In this document: positions 1 to 6,842 of the stretch, one piece after another | How positions within the stretch are numbered: position 1 is the first letter of the stretch | How the letters are laid out: every line of letters begins with the position of its first letter | Assembly: GCA_035692185.1 (NCBI GenBank) | Contig: DASSIE010000028.1 | Span: forward strand, 4,922 to 68,921 | Source of the DNA: Patescibacteria group bacterium | GTDB lineage: Bacteria > Patescibacteriota > Microgenomatia > UBA8517 | Length of the DNA stretch: 64,000 nt | Direction: 5' to 3' | Position numbers and translations under genes: made by a program | Notes under the pieces: generated by a model | Database searches by the model: none | What the model was told of the DNA's origin: nothing | Seen by the model: only the letters and a program-made list of their open reading frames with translations

Positions 1-2
1 CT

Positions 3-1592
3 TTATCGGGTCTTTCCGCAAGCACTATAAATACTGGATCTAACGCACTTACTTTTACATCGAGTAATTTTAATACAACAGGAACTGGAATTAACTCTAC
101 AGCGATTGGGGCAACAACTGCTTCAAGTGGGGCATTTACTACCCTCTCTTCAACCGGTACTACTAATTTAGGTTCTGGTACTGGAGTTGTTAGTATAAAT
201 TCTTCTGACACCACAAATCTTCAGATAGCAGGAACCGGAACAACTGGGAATGTTCAGGTTGGCGCAGGTGGGGCGGGTTCAACAACACCAGATCTTTTAG
301 TTATGGATATTAAAAACACGTCTGGGGATCCAACAGGTACACCTGGAGCTATTTACTATAATTCAAACACCGGAAAGTTTAGATGTTTCGAAAATAGTGC
401 CTGGGTAAATTGTATTACTCCCTCGGGGAGTGATCTTCAACACTCGGCTTCATATGACACAAGTGAGGCGATCACCAATATTCCCACTGGTGGAGCTCAG
501 GTAACACTTGGAACTGTAGCGGTTACCCCAGCAACAGCCTTGGGAGATGTTTATGTCACTGGTTGGGCAGATGTTTATAGTAGCAATGCAACTGATCAGC
601 CTTTGCAGGTAGTAATTGAAACAACAACCAACTGTACTGGGACAACTGTAGGAAATGCCAATGTTACATATACAATTACTTCGGCGCAAAGTACAACAAT
701 CGACAGGGGCACGATTCGCGTTTCAGGAATTGCGGTTGACCCAGGAACCGGATCCCAGAATTATTCACTATGTGCGGCAGTCACATCCGGCGGCGGAGAC
801 ACAGATGTTTTGAATTGGGGCATTGAGGCACTGGTTATCGATACTGGAGCGGACTTGGCAGAAATATATACAACTAAAGATGCCAATATTGAACCGGGAG
901 ATGTTGTTTCAATTGACCCCAGTCTTCAAACAGGTATGAAAAAAAGCCAGACCCCATACGACCAATCCGTACTCGGAATTATTTCCACAAGACCGGGAAT
1001 GGTAATAGGATCTATTGATAATGAAGGAATAAATGCTATGCCGGTAGCACTCTCAGGCCGAGTTCCAGTAAAAGTTTCTACTCAAAACGGACCAATCTAT
1101 ATCGGTGACTACCTAACTACCTCACAAACTCCTGGGGTCGCCATGAAGGCAACTGAGGCAGGTACAATAATAGGTATTGCCATGTCCCCTTTTGATAGTG
1201 AAGGGGTTGGACAAATATTAGTATTTGTAAAAAATAGTTTTTCTACAGGATCACGTACTGCGATAGCTACAAATGAAGATGTAAATAATCCAATTGGAGC
1301 AATTGGTAAAAAAGTTGCAGATATGGGGAATTTCATTTCGGACTTTGTTGGAAATAAAATTACGGGAGTATTGGGATATTTTGATGAAATATTTACAAAG
1401 AAAATTCACACTGACGAAATATGTGTAAAAAAATCAGACGGAAATGAAGTTTGTATAAATGGAGATCAAATAAATGATATTTTATCAACTTCAACCCCAA
1501 CACCAACTATTACTCCTGTCCCAATTGAAAGTCCTACGCCAAGTAGCACACCTACCCAATCCCCTGAAGCTACAAGTACTCCACTCCCATAA
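3..1592 (+). CDS. Large Ser/Thr/Gly-rich surface or fibre-like protein, C-terminal part (5' truncated by window), with chaperone/peptidase-like C-terminal domain and Pro/Thr tail
   Basis: The frame of ORF 303..1592 stays open back to base 3 (LSGLSASTINTGSNALTF...). C-terminal motifs DLAEIY, GDVVSID, LGIISTRPG, ALSGRVPVKV, GDYLTTS and PGVAMKA resemble tail-fibre-type C-terminal domains common in CPR giant proteins. Confidence 0.6.
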   Translation, partial: LSGLSASTINTGSNALTFTSSNFNTTGTGINSTAIGATTASSGAFTTLSSTGTTNLGSGTGVVSINSSDTTNLQIAGTGTTGNVQVGAGGAGSTTPDLLVMDIKNTSGDPTGTPGAIYYNSNTGKFRCFENSAWVNCITPSGSDLQHSASYDTSEAITNIPTGGAQVTLGTVAVTPATALGDVYVTGWADVYSSNATDQPLQVVIETTTNCTGTTVGNANVTYTITSAQSTTIDRGTIRVSGIAVDPGTGSQNYSLCAAVTSGGGDTDVLNWGIEALVIDTGADLAEIYTTKDANIEPGDVVSIDPSLQTGMKKSQTPYDQSVLGIISTRPGMVIGSIDNEGINAMPVALSGRVPVKVSTQNGPIYIGDYLTTSQTPGVAMKATEAGTIIGIAMSPFDSEGVGQILVFVKNSFSTGSRTAIATNEDVNNPIGAIGKKVADMGNFISDFVGNKITGVLGYFDEIFTKKIHTDEICVKKSDGNEVCINGDQINDILSTSTPTPTITPVPIESPTPSSTPTQSPEATSTPLP

Positions 1593-1595
1593 TCT

Positions 1596-1994
1596 TGGCT
1601 GGGGGACAGGGTATACTACGCTAAAGCTTCGTAATACCAACGGTATCCTACGTCTTCAACTTCGGACTACCTATTCTGCCACTTTTGAAACCCATTGCCA
1701 AGGCTACTGAAACCAATCTCTTGTATGCAAACGATTTTCCCGATCCAGTTTTTAAATAGAGTTCAAAATCTCTGGCTTCCTTTTCTGTGCTGAATGCTCC
1801 ATACCAAATTAGATTCCAAGGAATATGCGGTTTAGTTGATTTTACTTCTCCACTGTTATGAAGTACTAGCCTTTTATTTAAATCGTTCGTCGAGCCGAAG
1901 TAAAAGATGTGAGATTTTGAACTTAAAAGAATATAGGAATAGTACATGGGCATGCAACTCCGTAGCCTTGGCGAAGGATTGCTGGGGAACAGGG
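1596..1994 (-). mobile_element. ~400-bp GIY-YIG mini-element at the tRNA-Gln 3' end
   Basis: 14-bp direct repeat of the tRNA 3' end (gctggggaacaggg 1981-1994 vs gctgggggacaggg 1598-1611, one mismatch) encloses a GIY-YIG ORF and four related short palindromes. Confidence 0.6.
1648..1953 (-). CDS. GIY-YIG nuclease family protein (short UPF0213-like type)
   Basis: MYYSYILLS...FYFGSTNDLNKRLVLHN...STK...EARDFELYLK. The ORF-track start at 2013 overlaps the tRNA, so the real start is ATG 1953 or 1947. Confidence 0.85.
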   Translation of the reverse strand: MPMYYSYILLSSKSHIFYFGSTNDLNKRLVLHNSGEVKSTKPHIPWNLIWYGAFSTEKEARDFELYLKTGSGKSFAYKRLVSVALAMGFKSGRIGSPKLKT

Positions 1995-2052
1995 ATTCGA
2001 ACCCCAATACCAACCTCCAAAGGGTTGTGTCCTACCATTAGACGATTCCCCA
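1982..2052 (-). tRNA. tRNA-Gln(UUG)
   Basis: Reverse complement TGGGGAATCGTCTAATGGTAGGACACAACC-CTTTGGA-GGTTGGTATTGGGGTTCGAATCCCTGTTCCCCAG folds as a cloverleaf with anticodon TTG; CCA not encoded. Confidence 0.95.
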
Positions 2053-2227
2053 AAATTTAAAACTACAAGCCTATTATATCCTATTTTTCTTATCTCCCCA
2101 ATCCCTCTAATTCCCTAATTTACGGTCTTCTTGAGGAATATCAGCTTATCGAGTAAAATACAGGTTGCAAGTGAATTCACGGGCCCATATGAACTCTGCT
2201 AGCGCAGAACCATATGATGCCCTATTA

Positions 2228-2299
2228 GGGCCCATAGCTCAATGGTAGAGCAATTCCCTTTTAAGGAAGCGGTTGAAGGTTCGAGTCCTTCTGGGCTCA
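2228..2299 (+). tRNA. tRNA-Lys(UUU)
   Basis: GGGCCCATAGCTCAATGGTAGAGCAATTCC-CTTTTAA-GGAAG...GGTTCGAGTCCTTCTGGGCTCA. Confidence 0.95.
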
Positions 2300-2312
2300 C
2301 TCGTAGCTAATT

Positions 2313-2386
2313 GGCCCCATCGTCTAACGGTTAGGACGTCGGGTTTTCATCCCGAAAATTTCTGGGTTCGAATCCCAGTGGGGTCA
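2313..2386 (+). tRNA. tRNA-Glu(UUC)
   Basis: GGCCCCATCGTCTAACGGTTAGGACGTCGGG-TTTTCAT-CCCGA...GGTTCGAATCCCAGTGGGGTCA. Confidence 0.95.
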
Positions 2387-2397
2387 CATTTGAAGTC

Positions 2398-2664
2398 TTA
2401 GTTTTTTACTGACTGGAGCTTCTTTCTGGCAATATTTTGCTTCCTAATCTCTTCCCTTGCCTCTTGTTCCTTTTTAATAACTTGTCTTTGGATTTTCTCT
2501 TTATGGAGTTGTCCATCTACAATTTTCTGGCATTCTGGGTCTGAACAAATTTTAATAGTATAAACAACAGTTGAAGTCTCAACTTTTTCTTCGTAAGTTT
2601 CTTTTACAACCCTAGGTTTCCCACACCTTGTGCAGACACTTCCAGGAATCATACTTGTATTCAT
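2398..2664 (-). CDS. Small Zn-ribbon-like protein with basic coiled-coil tail
   Basis: CTRCGK...CSDPEC. Start moved to ATG 2664, directly after the stop of the upstream RRM gene; the longer ORF-track N-terminus is an alternate-frame read of the RGG repeat. Confidence 0.65.
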   Translation of the reverse strand: MNTSMIPGSVCTRCGKPRVVKETYEEKVETSTVVYTIKICSDPECQKIVDGQLHKEKIQRQVIKKEQEAREEIRKQNIARKKLQSVKN

Positions 2665-2665
2665 T

Positions 2666-3070
2666 TTAACGGTATCCTCCACCCCTATTACCACGACTGT
2701 CTCCTCTGTCTCGTCCACCTCCGCCAAAGCCACTTCTTCCACCACCCCTGGAGTCTCCACGTCCGCCCCCAAATCCACCACCACGTCTATTGTCTCCACC
2801 ACCACTGTAATCTCTTTTTTCTTGTGGTTTTGCTTCAGCTACAACTAGCCTGCGACCACCAAAATCTGTTTCGTTAAGAGTTTTGATTGCGTTTTGGGCT
2901 TCCTCGTCGGTTGTCATTTCTACAAACCCAAATCCTTTGGATCTACCAGAAAATTTATCTATGATTATTGAGGCTGAGACAACTACACCAACTTTGGAAA
3001 ATAAATCCTTAAGCTCCGCTTCTGTGGTCTCAAATGGAAGTCCTGCTACAAATAGTCGTTTGTTGTTCAT
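2666..3070 (-). CDS. RRM RNA-binding protein with Gly/Arg-rich (RGG) tail
   Basis: RNP2 LFVAGL, RNP1 KGFGFVEM, RGG tail. Confidence 0.92.
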   Translation of the reverse strand: MNNKRLFVAGLPFETTEAELKDLFSKVGVVVSASIIIDKFSGRSKGFGFVEMTTDEEAQNAIKTLNETDFGGRRLVVAEAKPQEKRDYSGGGDNRRGGGFGGGRGDSRGGGRSGFGGGGRDRGDSRGNRGGGYR

Positions 3071-3136
3071 TAGGTGTGGCTACTGTTTGTATTTTACCAC
3101 AAACCTAGCCAATTAGCTATGTGTTAAAATAGGCAC

Positions 3137-3394
3137 ATGGTAAAAATGGATGTCGAGCGAAGAAAAAAGTTCGATAGTTACTTTTTGGAACATTTTAAAG
3201 ACGAAGAATTTAATTTTGATGAAGCAGCCTCCGTTTCCGGATATAGTAGATCTTCGGTTCCCAATTTGTACTATCAACTTATACAAAGTCTTCACGGAGG
3301 CAGAAGAGAGCCATTTTTAAACGATGAGGGTTTAATAAGGTTTAGACCAATAAAGATGAGTGGATCCGAGGGTGGAGTCGAGAAAGGATTTTAA
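3137..3394 (+). CDS. Hypothetical protein (possible wHTH)
   Basis: 85-aa ORF with TAAAAT 6 nt before the ATG; abuts the next gene. Confidence 0.5.
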   Translation: MVKMDVERRKKFDSYFLEHFKDEEFNFDEAASVSGYSRSSVPNLYYQLIQSLHGGRREPFLNDEGLIRFRPIKMSGSEGGVEKGF

Positions 3395-3395
3395 A

Positions 3396-3965
3396 ATGAT
3401 AAAATTTAACGCCAAAATGTTAAGAAAAACAAAGCCTACAAATGGTGAACATAAACTAATTAAACGAAATCCAATTTATTTTATCTTGGATAATTTAATT
3501 GATACTTACAATATTGGGTCTATGTTTAGACTTGCTGACGCTATAGCTGCTGAGAAAGTTTATATTTGTGGCGAGAGTGAATACCCCCCAAACTCAAGGA
3601 TCCATAAAGCGGCTGTGGGAACGGAAGAATGGGTAGCTTGGAGTAAAGTCAGTAAAACCAGTGATGCAATAAAATCATTAAAGGAACAGGGTGTACAGAT
3701 AGTTTCTGTTGAACAGGACCCCCGCTCCATCCCCCATTCATTACTCACCACCCGCGTCACATTTCCGGTAGCCATCGTTGTAGGAAACGAAACTACTGGC
3801 GTGTCTCAAGAGGTTTTAGACGCATCAGACGTTATTGTAGAGCTTCCAATGTTTGGTGTTAATAAATCTCTTAATGTTTGGGGCAGTGCCGCAATTGTTG
3901 CGTATAAAGTTATCGAGACCCTCATTTTCAAACCCTACCGCTCCCAAAGAAAAACAAAGAAATAA
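3396..3965 (+). CDS. SpoU/TrmH family RNA methyltransferase
   Basis: ILDNLIDTYNIGSMFRLADA, VVGNETTGV, LPMFGVNKSLNV SPOUT motifs. Confidence 0.9.
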   Translation: MIKFNAKMLRKTKPTNGEHKLIKRNPIYFILDNLIDTYNIGSMFRLADAIAAEKVYICGESEYPPNSRIHKAAVGTEEWVAWSKVSKTSDAIKSLKEQGVQIVSVEQDPRSIPHSLLTTRVTFPVAIVVGNETTGVSQEVLDASDVIVELPMFGVNKSLNVWGSAAIVAYKVIETLIFKPYRSQRKTKK

Positions 3966-3976
3966 CCACTCCTAGC

Positions 3977-4005
3977 TTGAAAAAGAAGGAAATGTATGAT
4001 ATACT
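3977..4005 (+). promoter_or_regulatory. Sigma70-type promoter
   Basis: TTGAAA (3977-3982), 17-bp spacer, TATACT (4000-4005) with an upstream TG (extended -10). Confidence 0.6.
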
Positions 4006-4178
4006 ACTATAGGTTTCTGGCCTCGTATCCGTTGCGATAATTATGGCTATAAACCAGTACTTTAATATTCGCACGAAAAATTTAAACCCTTATTGTGGTG
4101 GGGAAATTGGCGTTGACAAATTGGATCAACATCAAAAACTCGCCACAATAGTGACGAGATATATTATCGGAGGATAAA

Positions 4179-4622
4179 ATGTTCAACAAGTTTTTGTTAT
4201 CAATTTTGGTGATTATATTCACCGCCTGCGGTTCTCAGCAGACATCTCTACCTACAGCAACCGCAATTGTGGAAACCCAAACTGGGACAATATCAACCGG
4301 TGAGCTTGGCGAAGTTCGCTTCAGAACAACTATCCTTGAAGGCAAACAAGGAGAACTCACTAAAACTGGTATTGTTATCACATCATATTCCGCAACTCAG
4401 TTTGTGATATATGGCCACATTTGTTACCAGGAAAACGGATCGCCAATTTACAACTCAATAAACGAGGCAAGTGGTGGTATTAGACCCGGTTCATCATTAG
4501 AGCTTAGTTTATTTAGCAATGATGAAGTTGGAGAGTGTGATGGAACATTGATATTAGTGTTCTACGACAAGAATGGAAAAGAAGAAAAATTCACAATACC
4601 TGTCACAGTAGTTGTGAAGTAA
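4179..4622 (+). CDS. Putative lipoprotein
   Basis: Signal peptide with lipobox FTA-C; GGAGG Shine-Dalgarno upstream. Confidence 0.7.
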   Translation: MFNKFLLSILVIIFTACGSQQTSLPTATAIVETQTGTISTGELGEVRFRTTILEGKQGELTKTGIVITSYSATQFVIYGHICYQENGSPIYNSINEASGGIRPGSSLELSLFSNDEVGECDGTLILVFYDKNGKEEKFTIPVTVVVK

Positions 4623-4724
4623 ACAATAAATTTTTCGTGCGGACCGCATGGCAAGTAGGTAGAAGCTTCTGCTTCATAAATCCCGCTTGCCATGCTTAGT
4701 TCGTCCCACTTTGTTTTCCCCACT

Positions 4725-4744
4725 AAAAAACCGCCTCTCGGCGG
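4725..4744 (-). terminator. Intrinsic terminator after the major pilin gene
   Basis: Minus strand CCGCC-GAGA-GGCGG-TTTTTT. Confidence 0.7.
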
Positions 4745-4767
4745 CCACAATCCAAAAATTCCTTAAT

Positions 4768-5262
4768 TTATCTTGTTACTGAAATTACTGGTGCCACCCC
4801 TCTTACCGTTTCTGCACTTGGAGCACTCACTGTTATTCTACCACTCGCATCCTTAACTATAAAGTAAGCTGTTTGATAATCAGCTGTACAATCGCCTACT
4901 GCCGCTCCATTATTTGGACCATCTGGATCAACTGGGAACAAAGACACATAATCCGGTGAAAGCAGAGCGCAGACATCTGCCCCGCCAGGATTACCAACTC
5001 CACCCATAATCTCCAAGGCTGGATCCGGTGCTGTCGGAAGACCCAAAGCAACTAGATTGCCTTTGTGATCCGCCCCATACTGATGAACTGCATTAAGAAT
5101 TGTATTTACATCATTTGTACGAGCTGTGTTATTTGCCTGTGCAAACTGTGCTGCTGGGTTAATGGCGATTAAAACGATTGCAAGAAGAATACCCAAAATA
5201 CCGATAACGACTAGCAACTCGATGAGTGTAAAACCCTTTGGAAGTTTCTTAAAATTGAGCAT
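4768..5262 (-). CDS. Type IV pilin, probable major pilin
   Basis: Class III signal KG/FTLIELLVVIGILGILL, conserved INP, two Cys. Confidence 0.88.
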   Translation of the reverse strand: MLNFKKLPKGFTLIELLVVIGILGILLAIVLIAINPAAQFAQANNTARTNDVNTILNAVHQYGADHKGNLVALGLPTAPDPALEIMGGVGNPGGADVCALLSPDYVSLFPVDPDGPNNGAAVGDCTADYQTAYFIVKDASGRITVSAPSAETVRGVAPVISVTR

Positions 5263-5305
5263 TAACTAACATTAAAAGATTCCAAATATCATGTCAAGAG
5301 GTATT

Positions 5306-5989
5306 TTACTTTCTTAAAATAATCACCACAACCAAAATAATTAATAAAATTACAAATCCGCCAATTAAATATGGCAAGAGTTTACTTTTTGGTTCCTGGG
5401 CTTTGGAAATTGATACCTCATTGTGATCTTCTTGTGTAACAACTTTTTCCCCTATCATGCTGGATGTCTTCATATTATCCCCGGTGTCCATTACATGTTT
5501 TGCAAAATCCTCTGTTAGCTCCCTCATAGCGCCGTATTCGGGATAAATGTTAACAGGAACCACGGCAGTTAAACCAAATCCACGGGCTGTAAAGGCATCA
5601 ACTATTGTGTCCACCAAATCCAAGTTTGTAGCAACAACTCTCCAAACATTTGCAGTTTTATAAACTTTGGATAAAACCGAATTAAAAGGTACTGTATCGA
5701 TAAATATTTGCGAATCAGTTTCTACTTTTGTGGTGTCTGCGGGGTCTTTTATAGGAAAATCTTTACTAAAACAAACTGCTTCAGAAACCACAAGAAATAT
5801 CTGTGACGGCTCGAGTTTATTGTTTTGTATAAAGACAGTAATTAAGTTAAAAAAAGCGTCTCTATCTTTAACATCTAAATCTAAAGAAATATTGGCAGGA
5901 AAATTTAAACCCAAAATCACACCATCTTCATAAAGATAAAATCTATCTCTTTCTAGTAAAATTACTGTATCGTGTTTTCCGTCTGCCAT
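5306..5989 (-). CDS. Pilus assembly accessory protein (PilM/GspL cytoplasmic-like domain plus C-terminal TM helix)
   Basis: Position in the pilus operon; alpha/beta soluble region followed by a C-terminal hydrophobic helix. Confidence 0.45.
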   Translation of the reverse strand: MADGKHDTVILLERDRFYLYEDGVILGLNFPANISLDLDVKDRDAFFNLITVFIQNNKLEPSQIFLVVSEAVCFSKDFPIKDPADTTKVETDSQIFIDTVPFNSVLSKVYKTANVWRVVATNLDLVDTIVDAFTARGFGLTAVVPVNIYPEYGAMRELTEDFAKHVMDTGDNMKTSSMIGEKVVTQEDHNEVSISKAQEPKSKLLPYLIGGFVILLIILVVVIILRK

Positions 5990-5990
5990 G

Positions 5991-6386
5991 TTAGTCTATC
6001 TCTTTCCAAGAAGTTGGGACCCCTAAGATATTATTACTGTAACTAACTATAACTTCAACCTTTTTTACAAAATTGCCATTGGTTGCTGTAGAATCTATTG
6101 TTTTTGTGCCCGTGCCGGTTACGGTTATTACAACCGTTCCCCCATTAAGTGGACTAATGGTTTCACCGGTGTAAGAATCGTTGTTTCTTAAAATCCCGAG
6201 CATTGCGGTTTCTATTCCACTATCTGCCATTTCTTTTGCGATCACACCCTCACTCATTGTTGTAGCTGCTTGGGAATTGCTGGCAATTATAAAAGTGGCT
6301 GACGTTGCAATAATTATTCCCACAAGCACAAAGAAAAGTAGCATTACAAGAGCTTGCCCCGAATTTAAATTTGAGATTTTTGTCAT
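5991..6386 (-). CDS. Minor pilin, PilX-like
   Basis: SG/QALVMLL N-terminal hydrophobic segment lacking E5; ADSGIE motif; C-terminal WKE. Confidence 0.75.
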   Translation of the reverse strand: MTKISNLNSGQALVMLLFFVLVGIIIATSATFIIASNSQAATTMSEGVIAKEMADSGIETAMLGILRNNDSYTGETISPLNGGTVVITVTGTGTKTIDSTATNGNFVKKVEVIVSYSNNILGVPTSWKEID

Positions 6387-6387
6387 A

Positions 6388-6840
6388 TTAGTATCTTAAC
6401 CCCATTGTTGTATCTACCGATTGAGTTTTTGTCCCGCTTGTAGTTTGGATTAAGGATTCGAGTGTATAGGATATTTTTATGGTTTGGCCAATTTTAGTGA
6501 ACATTATACCGTTCACTTTGGTGTCAACGCTATTTAACTTAACTGAATTTAACAATAAGTCTCCATTAACAAGATCATAAACTTTTGTTCCTGAATCTAA
6601 ACTCAATTTTGAGGGCGTTATGACAGTTGCGACACTGGCATTGTAAATATTGTAATTAAAACTCCCCAAAATAGACCTAGTGTCTTGGTTAAGTGCAGAG
6701 GTGGATTCACTTTGCAATTTAAAGTTTAGGGTTGTAACAAAAACATCCAATAAAACCAACATAAAAACTGTAAGGAGAGCCATGTAAACCAAAAGCTCGA
6801 CCACAGTGAAACCTTTTTTTAGTTTGTTATTTATTTTCAT
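6388..6840 (-). CDS. Minor pilin, PilW/GspJ-like
   Basis: KG/FTVVELLVYMAL prepilin motif. Confidence 0.8.
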   Translation of the reverse strand: MKINNKLKKGFTVVELLVYMALLTVFMLVLLDVFVTTLNFKLQSESTSALNQDTRSILGSFNYNIYNASVATVITPSKLSLDSGTKVYDLVNGDLLLNSVKLNSVDTKVNGIMFTKIGQTIKISYTLESLIQTTSGTKTQSVDTTMGLRY

Positions 6841-6842
6841 AA

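Noticed and set aside
1954-2060. ORF-track start at 2013 for the GIY-YIG gene and ORF 1836..2060
   Set aside because: Both run through the tRNA-Gln gene; the family motif starts at MYYSY.
2665-2805. N-terminal extension of ORF 2398..2805 and antisense ORF 2630..2848
   Set aside because: These are alternate-frame reads of the RGG-coding tail of the RRM gene.
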